Assembly: GCA_963648855.1 (NCBI GenBank)
Contig: CAVJGP010000004.1
Location: 1-50,978 of the forward strand
DNA from: Alistipes onderdonkii
GTDB lineage: Bacteria > Actinomycetota > Coriobacteriia > Coriobacteriales > UMGS124
Length of the DNA: 50,978 nt
Direction: 5' to 3'
In this document: positions 26,601 to 34,175 of the stretch, piece after piece
Position numbering within the stretch: the first letter of the stretch is position 1
Layout: the number at the start of each line of letters is the position of its first letter
Notes under the pieces: generated by a model
Database searches by the model: none
The model's input: the letters and a program-made list of their open reading frames with translations, nothing else
Told to the model about the DNA's origin: nothing
Position numbers and translations under genes: made by a program

Positions 26601-29600
26601 TGAGAGGGGTCAGCAGGGTCGGGCACGTAGGTGCCGTCGGTGAGCTGGACCTTCCAGCCCTTGAACGTGCCCACATGGAGGTACTTGGCCAGGTTGCCCG
26701 AAGTGTCGCGCCACTGGAAGTAGTAGGTGGTGCGGTCGGGCCAGAGCACCTGGTAGGAATCCGTCGCCGACACGACCTCGCCGGAGGTGACGAGCTCCTT
26801 GTTGGCGTTGATGACGCCCTGCGGCACCTCGAGGTCGTTGTAGACGGCCGTGCCGCTCGTGTAGTTCTGGGACACCTGCTGCAGGTTGAGGTCGTAGATG
26901 ACGCTGCACTGGGTCTCGTCGACGGAGCGCACGATGTAGTGCGGCGAGGACACCTTCGCGAAGGTGAAGGTGGTGGTGTCGTCGGCCTTGACTACCGTGT
27001 CGCCGGCCGAGGTGTCCAGCGAGGGGCACTCCCAGGTGGCGGGCGTCTCCAAGGTGCTGCCCTCGGGCTGATTGCGCACCACGCGCACGTAGTTCTCGGT
27101 GCCGTTGGGGACGTAAGCCACCTCGGCGCGGGAGTAGACGTCGCCCACGTCGTCGCGCACGGTAACGCTGTAGAGCATGTCGGTCTTCTTGGAGAGGATG
27201 GTGTTGGGGTTGGTGACGGAGCCGCCGTAGGTGCTCGTGAAGGACGACTCACTCGCGCCCGCGACGGGCAGGTAGTACACGTCGCAGACCACGTTGTTGT
27301 TGGAGGCGTCGGAGCTGTCGAGCGCCGGGATGTAGAGCTTGCCGTCGATGGACCTGAGGGGGGCGCCGGAATCGCTCACCCACAGGGTGGGGTTCATGCC
27401 GTGCGAGGCGGCCACGAGGTAGCGCGAGCTGGTGGTCATGCCCTCGGGCAGGCTGATGCCGTAGGCGGTATAGAGGCGGGCGATGTCGTCCACCGCGAGG
27501 TAGTAGCGGCCGGCCTCCCCCACCCAGCGCCACGCCACGCGCGACGAGCCCACGAGGACCTTCTGGTCGTCGATGAAGGCGTAGGCGTACACGGTGCCCT
27601 GGGTGGTCTCGTCCCAGTTGGCCGTGACCCGGGCCGTCTTGCCCTCGCAACCGGCCAGGTCGATGGTGTCGCCCGCCGCGTAGGTGCCGAAGACGGTGCC
27701 GTCCACGCTCACCGTCCACGAGGCGAAGCTTGCCACGTGGGTGAACTTGTCCGACGAGGTGGTGTAGCTGTAGCTGGCGGGCGTGGGGGCCGGCAGCGTG
27801 TAGGTGGTGGAGGGCACCGTCTCCGAATAGTCCACCACGCCATAGACCGCGGGGGCGGTGGTCTTGTCGTAGGTGCCGCTCAGGTTGAGGTCGAAGGTGA
27901 TGGTGGTCTCGGTAGAGTCGGGCATGGGCTCCAGCGTGTAGGCCTGGCTGATGTTCGAGAAGGTATAGCTGTAGGTGACCACGCCGCTGGCGTCGGGGGC
28001 CGAGACGGTGAGAGAGATGTTCTCGTCCTCATCGGGCTTGACGATGTGGCCGGTGCCGTCGAGCAGGCGCCAGCCGTTGCGGGCCGAGGCCGTGGTGAGC
28101 GAGATGGTCTTGCTGGCGTCGCCGCGCACGTAGTTGACGGTGGGGTTCGAGTCGGAGGCGGAGGCCTTCACCGAGACGGTGTAGAAGCGGTCGAAGGCGG
28201 AGGTCTTGTTCTGCGCAATGCCTGCGGCGCTCGTGCCGCCGCCCAGCCCGTACGCTGAGGCGTTCTCCACCACGCTGGGCAAGTAGAAGAGCGCGGTGTC
28301 GTTGTCGACGGAGACAAAGTACGCCTCCCCGTCCACGACGCACGCCCAGTGGTCGGACCAGAACGAGGCGCCGCCCTTGCCGGAGAAGGGCATGAGGGAG
28401 GTGCCGCCGGCCTGAAGGTGGCTCGTGATGTCGGAGGCACTGAAGCCCAGGGCCGACAGGGCCGGCTCCAGCTCGGAGGCCTTCACGAGGCGCACGCCGC
28501 TGTCCTGGTACTGGTGGACGCCCGAGATCGTGCCCACGACGGTGGCCGAGCCGTTCACGATGGCATAGCACTCAACGGTGATGGTGCCGTTGGAGCTTGG
28601 GGAGAGGCTGAGGGCGACTGCCTCGTCGTCGAGGGAGAGGGCGGCGATGGCGGAGGTGTCGTCGGTGGCGGTGTCGGCGGAGGCGGCAGCCTCGTCTTGC
28701 GTGGCATCGACGGAGTCGGACGCATCGGCGTCAGCGTCGGCGGGGGTCTCGTCGTCGGACGCGTCGGGCGTCACAACGGGGTCGTCGGTGTCCTCATCCT
28801 GCGCGGCATCGGCCGGGTCGGGCTGGCCGTCCACCGTGCGGGGAAGCTTGGCGAAGCCCAGGATGCGCCCGTCGTAGAGGGAGTAGGTCACGCGCTCCAC
28901 GGCGTCGGCCTGGCCCTCAATGCCCTCGGAGTTGGAGTCGCCCTGGATCACGGTGAGCTCGTAGGCGTCGGCGTCCACCGACTCGACGATGTCCACGTAG
29001 TCTGCCTGGCCGTCGGCGTCGAGGTCGAGGAAGAGCAGGTCGCCCGAGCGCGGGACGTAGGTGGTGGGCCTCGTGGGCTTGGCGGAGACGGGGACGGTGG
29101 CTTGGGACTCGCTTGCGTCGGTCGCCTGCGCGTCTTGTGCCTGCGTGGCCGCCTCATCGGCCAGGCCCTGCACGGCCTCGGCGGCGTCGTGGTACATGGC
29201 GTTGTCCTGGGCGGCGTAGAGCATGGCGTTGGCGCCGGAGTTGGCAAGGGCGTCGTAGCTCGCATTGCCTGCATAGCTCAGACAGAAGTCGGCAAACATG
29301 GCCGACCACGAGCCGTAGGCGTTGCCGTACCACGCGCCGTAGCGGGAGTAGCCGCGCTTGGTGGCGCCGTCCTCATCGAGCTGATAGTTCCGCATGCTCT
29401 CCGTCACGCCGAGCTGCGAGACGGCCACGGCCACGAGGTCGTCGGCGGAGCGACCGGTGAGCTCGGGCAGGGTTGCCTCCCAATCGCTCGATTGCTCAAG
29501 GTCTGCTTGAGGGTTAGAGTAGCAGGCTGAAGTATGAATGTGCTCTTCAAGGTTACAGGTGTACTCATCCTGGTAGCACTCGTCGGAATGAGCGTGTTCT

Positions 29601-30037
29601 TCCTGCTCGCAGGCCAAAACGCGCTCTTCCTCGTAGCAGCCGCCCTCTTCGCTATGAGTATGCTCAGCCTCGGTGCAGACGAGGTTGCCGTCGGCGTCGT
29701 AGCAGCCTGCCTCTTCGCTGTGCGTATGCTCGGCCTGCTCGCAGACGAGCACCTCGCGCGTCTCGTAGCAGGCGTCGGTGTGGGTGTGCTCGGCCTTGTC
29801 GCACACGAGCGTGCGCGTGATGCAGGCATCCGTGTGCACGTGCTCGGGCTGGCCGCAGAATGCCTCGTCGCTCATGGAGATGCCCGTCAGCTTGAGCGAC
29901 CACACTACCACGAAGGCCACGGCAAACGACAGGCACGCAAGGACAGCGAAGACACGCCGACGCGTCACGCGGTCGTGGAGAATCTCCTCCAGATAGCGAA
30001 CAGCCCCCCGAGGGGCCGGCCTGTGCTTCGCCTGCAT
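23684..30037 (-). CDS. Giant (2117 aa) pilus-tip adhesin. Domain order: N-terminal signal anchor, Cys/His-repeat array, CHAP-like domain, long beta-rich region, three SpaA/Cna-B-type domains, LPATG anchor.
   Basis: The ATG at 30037 is preceded by 'GGGAGGTG'. The E-box-like sequences are 'YTLTESPLVEGY', 'YYLFESAAPTNY' and 'YCLVETVTPTAY'. The C-terminus is 'LPATGGAGTHVITAVGAALALCAACLLYGIRQRRRG'. Confidence 0.85.
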   Translation of the reverse strand: MQAKHRPAPRGAVRYLEEILHDRVTRRRVFAVLACLSFAVAFVVVWSLKLTGISMSDEAFCGQPEHVHTDACITRTLVCDKAEHTHTDACYETREVLVCEQAEHTHSEEAGCYDADGNLVCTEAEHTHSEEGGCYEEERVLACEQEEHAHSDECYQDEYTCNLEEHIHTSACYSNPQADLEQSSDWEATLPELTGRSADDLVAVAVSQLGVTESMRNYQLDEDGATKRGYSRYGAWYGNAYGSWSAMFADFCLSYAGNASYDALANSGANAMLYAAQDNAMYHDAAEAVQGLADEAATQAQDAQATDASESQATVPVSAKPTRPTTYVPRSGDLLFLDLDADGQADYVDIVESVDADAYELTVIQGDSNSEGIEGQADAVERVTYSLYDGRILGFAKLPRTVDGQPDPADAAQDEDTDDPVVTPDASDDETPADADADASDSVDATQDEAAASADTATDDTSAIAALSLDDEAVALSLSPSSNGTITVECYAIVNGSATVVGTISGVHQYQDSGVRLVKASELEPALSALGFSASDITSHLQAGGTSLMPFSGKGGASFWSDHWACVVDGEAYFVSVDNDTALFYLPSVVENASAYGLGGGTSAAGIAQNKTSAFDRFYTVSVKASASDSNPTVNYVRGDASKTISLTTASARNGWRLLDGTGHIVKPDEDENISLTVSAPDASGVVTYSYTFSNISQAYTLEPMPDSTETTITFDLNLSGTYDKTTAPAVYGVVDYSETVPSTTYTLPAPTPASYSYTTSSDKFTHVASFASWTVSVDGTVFGTYAAGDTIDLAGCEGKTARVTANWDETTQGTVYAYAFIDDQKVLVGSSRVAWRWVGEAGRYYLAVDDIARLYTAYGISLPEGMTTSSRYLVAASHGMNPTLWVSDSGAPLRSIDGKLYIPALDSSDASNNNVVCDVYYLPVAGASESSFTSTYGGSVTNPNTILSKKTDMLYSVTVRDDVGDVYSRAEVAYVPNGTENYVRVVRNQPEGSTLETPATWECPSLDTSAGDTVVKADDTTTFTFAKVSSPHYIVRSVDETQCSVIYDLNLQQVSQNYTSGTAVYNDLEVPQGVINANKELVTSGEVVSATDSYQVLWPDRTTYYFQWRDTSGNLAKYLHVGTFKGWKVQLTDGTYVPDPADPSQDWVITPAADGKAALTLNLTDAAYAGKAVRLVAQWEYTKTGSDNADSSHVNFFVDLVAVSEGTTGWSPSTSVSNFTDSLYTADSDVSASVVRNGSEQYDATTGKGLYLFEQDSEYIVLGSMSSMSFGDGDASSQLKAQLQAGVTRTSKSSGTAYTFQVDFPSDEEILSKIRSLVETRTKIITMNGHELKADDLTTDNFTLKWYVFKSSNGDGWHIDGKLVAKSSTIKVTKTFAGDTTAISQVLSGSFAINVVANSGQSGEVNSSWKLLAKEAGDPSLAAGELGYTSCTTSASDEGDSGSITYTWEVPADQYYTYTLTEAGYALDADETPFSVHTRYNVKNSGTASENTRGWADYLSSDGSMVTPPAITGFGGSSAEGLEVDFLNVYAIPGTIAIDKHDMATNTDMAGVSFKISKVGSSDFKVFEQGGIYYVKGATVDGDVLEPDSEADYTDIVTTNEAGRIFLYAGPGTYTLTESPLVEGYENPGTIVVTLTADEDNNWATTKVASVSASGGSKYVGISTGGAGDTSVVDVRNYPYSVDVTLTKKWTDGSKTPVTVQLYRKDTAADGTVTETPVTGCSATLNGAEDTPWSVTWADVPLYAEGQLATYFVRETSIGDSSYTADYDDGYKYYKVSYGAATYYKDGTAITNPAYADTIAFTVENARDEAGFAFTKVNDAGVALEGATFELYGATELAAALDSDTSAFDDSKLSLAQAEDGTYGLCYGDAALSEDVAHLQATSGADGNVLFGRQVTRGTYYLFESAAPTNYTADGYVYRITYYDPGYVSECLEGGTWVTYDLNNRFVNAWTRANLTLQKTGKGNVAITGATFELRELDDNGVYATVGTYEVDAGGRATISDLTAGHYCLVETVTPTAYYKLPAPVYFCVEDGAVTFENSAYIAANELDDSARAQCGIRSTDATNYILTVNNQTGDLLPATGGAGTHVITAVGAALALCAACLLYGIRQRRRGEANM

Positions 30038-30067
30038 GTCTTCACCTCCCTTCAGTCTCAACATAAA

Positions 30068-30733
30068 TCAGCCGATATAGGTCAGACGGTCGAGGGGCCA
30101 CACGCGAAACATCACGTGACCCACAATCTGCTCGGAGGAGACCGAGCCGATGACGGAGCTGCGCGAGTCCACGGACGTGGAACGGTGGTCGCCCATCACG
30201 AAGTACTTGCCGTCGGGCACCTGGTAGGGGAAGGAGATGTCGCACTCCCCCAGCGCCTTGTCGGTGATGTAGGGCTCGTCGAGCGTCTCGCCGTTGACGT
30301 ACACCGTGCCGTCGGAGGCAATCTCAATGGAGTCGCCGGGCAGGCCGATGACGCGCTTGATGAGGTATTTGTTCTCGTAGGCAACACTCACGAGGTCGCC
30401 GCGCTCATAGGAGCCGCCCTTCACGAGCACCACGACGTCGCCGTCGGAAAGCGTGGGTTCCATGCTCGTGCCGCTGATCTGCAAGACGGGAAGGAAGAGC
30501 GTGGCCACGAGCACCGCGATGGCGGCAACCACGAGCAGCGTGGCCACCGTGCTGCGCACGGCCTTGGCCCACGCGCGACGCCGGGAGATGGCATCGCGCT
30601 CGCGGCTGACCTGCTCGGGGGTGGGAAGTTCAACGCTGTGGAGCGCATCCTGGGCGGTGTCGAGGCGCTGACCAGGCATAGCGGTAGCGTCCACGGTGTC
30701 GTGCCGGCTCTCGCTTGCCTTGAAAGCGCTCAT
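30068..30733 (-). CDS. Signal peptidase I, first gene of the pilus operon
   Basis: 'SGTSMEPTL' carries the catalytic Ser and 'IKRVIGLPGD' the catalytic Lys. 'GDHRSTSVDSR' is box E. The start is ATG at 30733. The stop lies 30 nt before the adhesin start. Confidence 0.85.
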   Translation of the reverse strand: MSAFKASESRHDTVDATAMPGQRLDTAQDALHSVELPTPEQVSRERDAISRRRAWAKAVRSTVATLLVVAAIAVLVATLFLPVLQISGTSMEPTLSDGDVVVLVKGGSYERGDLVSVAYENKYLIKRVIGLPGDSIEIASDGTVYVNGETLDEPYITDKALGECDISFPYQVPDGKYFVMGDHRSTSVDSRSSVIGSVSSEQIVGHVMFRVWPLDRLTYIG

Positions 30734-30875
30734 GAACACCACCCCCCGACGCTGCGACGCCGGTTGCGCCAGGCATGCGAGCAACACACCGGGCCCAAAG
30801 GTTCAGGCGTCAGGCATCGCGGGCGACACGAGGCGCAGTCCGTTCGAGTAAGCTGAAAAACAGCTCGATGGGTGG

Positions 30876-30903
30876 ATTGTATGCAAATATGACGTGCGGT
30901 CAA
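30876..30903 (-). promoter_or_regulatory. Candidate sigma-70-type promoter of the pilus operon
   Basis: On the minus strand the sequence reads 'TTGACC' - 16 nt - 'TACAAT', in a low-GC patch about 140 nt upstream of the signal-peptidase ATG. Confidence 0.45.
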
Positions 30904-30977
30904 ACAAAAATGACTTAAAACCGGATGAACGGGCGTGGCAGATGCGGACTTCTCCACCTACCGGGCAAGTACCCAGG

Positions 30978-31481
30978 CTAGAGGTCGCCCCGTCCGGCCG
31001 ACGGAGGCTCATCCGCAGGGGCAGGCTGCGCCGCAGGCACCGGGGCGGCATGCTTGCCGCGCGCCTCAGAGGCGGGCGCACTCACAACCGCATGTTGCGC
31101 CGCCTGCGCCCGCGCGAAGCCCTCGCTGCCCACGCCCGATGCGGGGCCATCCGATGGGGCAGCCTGCGCAGTCTGCGCCCAGGCGGCATGCTTTGCCTGC
31201 ACGGCCGGCTCCTCAGCCGGTGCCGCGAGCTCGTCGCGCAGAGAGCGAATCTCGTCAAGGTAAGCGTCGGCGGCGGCCTGGGCGGCCTCGAACACGCCGT
31301 TGAGCGCAAGCGCCGCCTCGGCAATGGAGCCGGACTTCTCCAGGTGCGAGCGCCTGTCGGCCAGCTCGGCCTTGAGCCGGTCGTTCTCCGCGCGCAGGGC
31401 CTCCTCATCGCGCTGCATTTGATATATGACCTCGATGAGCTCCGCGCGGCTCAACCGCTTGAACTCCTTGTCTGTAAGCAT
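30978..31481 (-). CDS. Small coiled-coil protein. I recall this family being annotated 'DNA repair protein' in Firmicutes; its function is unproven.
   Basis: The N-terminus is 'LTDKEFKRLSRAELIEVIYQMQ...SGSIAEAALALNGVFEAAQAAADAYL'. The start is ATG at 31481. Confidence 0.6.
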   Translation of the reverse strand: MLTDKEFKRLSRAELIEVIYQMQRDEEALRAENDRLKAELADRRSHLEKSGSIAEAALALNGVFEAAQAAADAYLDEIRSLRDELAAPAEEPAVQAKHAAWAQTAQAAPSDGPASGVGSEGFARAQAAQHAVVSAPASEARGKHAAPVPAAQPAPADEPPSAGRGDL

Positions 31482-31615
31482 GCATGCAACCTTTCATAAC
31501 GGTGAGGGGGGCGGCGGCGAATCGCATCATCAACGGAGATTGACGCAATTCGCCATCTCCGACACGCATCGTAGCCTGATTTGGCGCCGGAATTTAAAGG
31601 CGGGCCCTCATCGGG

Positions 31616-33070
31616 CTATCGGACCGTGATGTATTTCTGGAACTGACTCCTTGGCGCATCGGGAATGGTCATGGCAAGCCTCCCCTGCTCCAGCAGCGGC
31701 CGCATATGTTTGCGCACCGTCTTTCGGTCGCTATAACCGAGCTCCTCGACAATTTCCGCCAAGCTCCTCGGCTGGCTGCAGAACAAAAGGATGCGGTCGC
31801 CCACGCCGGCACCGTCTTGAGGGGTCACTTGGGGGGTCACTTGGGGGGTCACTTGGGGGGTCACTTGGGGGGTCACTTGGGGGGTCGCACCCCCAGTCAC
31901 GGACGCGCGCCCCACCTGCCCGACCCTGTTGAACGGGATGGTCGCCACTATGGAGTTCTCCCGGAACTCGTAGGTTCCCCTGCCGTACACGCTCGTCACC
32001 CTGGGCACGCCGCGCCCTGTGCGCTCGGAGATGTGCAGCTGCAGGAAGATGTCGGAAAGCTCCTGGTTCACCGGCACCGACTCACCGGCAAAGAAGCCCT
32101 CCAGCGTCTGGCCGGGCGGCAAAGCACCGCGCGAGAGTATCTCGATGCGGTCGGAGAACACCGTGATCATGGGCGCGTTGCCGCTCACCCATAGGTTGTG
32201 CACGAAGGCGTTCACCATGGCCTCGCGAAACGCCCCCTCATCGAAGAGCATGACCTCCTTGCGCTCCACCACGCGACCGCGCTCGTCGGCCTGGGGCACG
32301 TTGAGCAGCTCGCCGTACTCAAGCGCCTTGTCGAGTGAGTAAAGCAGGCAGGTGTTGCCGAACTCCCGCACGGCGTACATCGTCGAGGCCTTGTCGGTGC
32401 CGGTGAACATGGCGAAGCGCACGGGGATGCGGCTGTCATCGCTCAGGAGCTGCGCCAGCAGGTTGTACCTGCCGTCCTCGCAGCGAAGGCGCAGGTTCTT
32501 CTCGAACGTGCGCGCCGAGAGCTGCACGCCCCGGGCCGCGTAGTACATGAGAAGCTTGTCGAACGTGAGGTCTTGGTAGTCCGACGGCGTGTTCGCCACC
32601 GTGGCGGGGCCTGTGCGCAGGATGTGGAAGAGCTGCGACTCACGCTCGGGGTACCTTGCCAAGTTGACCTTGCTCGACCCTATGCGCAGGTATCGCACTC
32701 CGTTGAAGCTCGTGGGCACCTTGCAGGCCGCAGGTACGGCGAGCACCACCACACGCAGGCCGTCCATCTCAAGCTCGTAGAAACTGAAGCCCACGTCGGG
32801 CGTCACCTGGCGGGCGAGGAAGTGCTCGAGCGGCTCGTGCTTGACGTCAATGCGATAGTCGAAGGCGGTGCCCACGATCTCGTGCGTGTCATCGTTCACG
32901 CCCCACACGAGATAGCCGCGGCGCTGGCCCTCCATGGCGGCGGCGTTGGACAGCGACGAGATGTACTCGCCCAGGGCGGCCGGCTCAAACCAGTTTTCCT
33001 TGAACTCGAACCAGCTCGCCTCGCGCGGGTACTCAACAAGCTGCCGCACGACCTTTGCATAGTCTTCCAT
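31616..33070 (-). CDS. AlbA_2 (Schlafen-type 'divergent AAA') plus HATPase_c_4 plus C-terminal winged-HTH protein
   Basis: The N-terminus has 'ASWFEFKENW...YLVWGVND'. The middle region has 'AFREAMVNAFVH...ISERTGRGV'. The C-terminus 'SLAEIVEELGYSDRKTVRKHMRPLLEQG' is wHTH-like. The ATG at 33070 lies 19 nt after the HipA-like stop. Confidence 0.8.
   Translation of the reverse strand: MEDYAKVVRQLVEYPREASWFEFKENWFEPAALGEYISSLSNAAAMEGQRRGYLVWGVNDDTHEIVGTAFDYRIDVKHEPLEHFLARQVTPDVGFSFYELEMDGLRVVVLAVPAACKVPTSFNGVRYLRIGSSKVNLARYPERESQLFHILRTGPATVANTPSDYQDLTFDKLLMYYAARGVQLSARTFEKNLRLRCEDGRYNLLAQLLSDDSRIPVRFAMFTGTDKASTMYAVREFGNTCLLYSLDKALEYGELLNVPQADERGRVVERKEVMLFDEGAFREAMVNAFVHNLWVSGNAPMITVFSDRIEILSRGALPPGQTLEGFFAGESVPVNQELSDIFLQLHISERTGRGVPRVTSVYGRGTYEFRENSIVATIPFNRVGQVGRASVTGGATPQVTPQVTPQVTPQVTPQVTPQDGAGVGDRILLFCSQPRSLAEIVEELGYSDRKTVRKHMRPLLEQGRLAMTIPDAPRSQFQKYITVR
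31816..31890 (-). repeat. In-frame 12-bp tandem repeat of about 6 units, encoding (TPQV)5-TPQ
   Basis: 'tcac' recurs at 31825, 31837, 31849, 31861 and 31873, and 'tcgc' at 31885, an exact 12-bp period. The unit is 'ggtcacttgggg'. Confidence 0.9.
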
Positions 33071-33089
33071 TCGCTACGCCCCCTCTCGG

Positions 33090-34175
33090 CTACGCCAGCA
33101 GGGCTTCTAGCTGGACGGTCTTGAGGCGCTGGACGTTGGAGAGCTTCCAGGCGGGGTAGTCGAGGCCGGGGTCGGTGTACTCGAAGTCTTTGAGGGCCAC
33201 GAGCTTGGAGCGGATCTGGGAGGTCATGAGCTCGCGGGCGATGGGGATGAAGCCCGTGCCTATCTTGGGGCCGATCATGGAGAGGTACCAGTCGAAGTCG
33301 TCGCCTTCCATCATCATGGGCAGACAGGCCATGTTGTGGTCGAAGAGCGGCGCCATTCGCAGGACCTCGCCGGTGTCGTTGTCCACCATGAAGCCGTAGT
33401 TGCCGGCGTGGCGGTCCACGTTGCCCATAAGCGCGTCCATGACGACCATCTCGCGGAAGCTCTCCTCGCAGCCGCGGGCGCGGCAGAAGTCAAGCATGTC
33501 GTCAACGTCGAACACGCGGTCGAAGAAGCGGTGCGCCGAGACGAAGCCCTCCTTCTCCGATGTGAAGAGCGGACACTTGCAGGCGAGCTGCCCATGGAAC
33601 CTCACGACCTCGTAGGGCACATGGGGCACCCCAGCGGCGTCGAGGAGCTGTGCGGCCAGAACCTCTGAATACGGCTCGAAACCAGCATTGGCATAGCCCG
33701 AGGAGCCGCGTTTGAGCAGGGAAATACGTCCGTCCTCACGCACCCAGCACTTGGCGAACGACCCCGAGGTTGCGTACTCGGGCGAGGTGGGCGAGTTTGC
33801 GCGGCCGTACATGCCCGTGCCGTCGAAGGCGATGCGCGCGATGACGTCGTCGAAGGGGTTGCGGTAGAGCGACACGTCGTCCCAGGTGAGGGGCTCGTCG
33901 GCGCGCTTCATCCAGAACGTGTCAGTGAGCGAGAGGCACCGCGCCGTGCCGATGAAGTCGTGGCGCGTGGTGAGGCCGAGCTCGCGCATCAGGCGCTCGA
34001 TGGAGACGCGGTGCTTGGCGATCTGACGGCCGTCGATCCAATCGTTGATATCGATGAACCCGTAGGGAAGATAGTCGGCAAAGCGCTCGACTTCGCTGTA
34101 CAAATACTCGTCAAAGTCTTTGCGCTCTTCATACGTCGCGACCACGACGTCCTTGTTCATAAGCTGGTACAGCAC
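33090..34175 (-). CDS. HipA-like serine/threonine kinase (HipA_C-type)
   Basis: 'NVDRHAGNYGF' is the catalytic loop and 'APLFDHN' the Mg-binding DxN-like motif. The N-terminal 'W.DGR.I..HR....L..LGL......CLSLTDTFWMK' is typical of short HipA-like proteins. The start is GTG at 34175, 6 nt after 'AAGGAGG'; the alternative is ATG at 34160. Confidence 0.75.
   Translation of the reverse strand: MLYQLMNKDVVVATYEERKDFDEYLYSEVERFADYLPYGFIDINDWIDGRQIAKHRVSIERLMRELGLTTRHDFIGTARCLSLTDTFWMKRADEPLTWDDVSLYRNPFDDVIARIAFDGTGMYGRANSPTSPEYATSGSFAKCWVREDGRISLLKRGSSGYANAGFEPYSEVLAAQLLDAAGVPHVPYEVVRFHGQLACKCPLFTSEKEGFVSAHRFFDRVFDVDDMLDFCRARGCEESFREMVVMDALMGNVDRHAGNYGFMVDNDTGEVLRMAPLFDHNMACLPMMMEGDDFDWYLSMIGPKIGTGFIPIARELMTSQIRSKLVALKDFEYTDPGLDYPAWKLSNVQRLKTVQLEALLA

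Noticed and set aside
24395-28258. 1287-aa plus-strand ORF
   Set aside because: It is antisense to the tip-adhesin gene, which has an RBS, an LPATG anchor and pilin-type domains. Its composition is that of a shadow frame.
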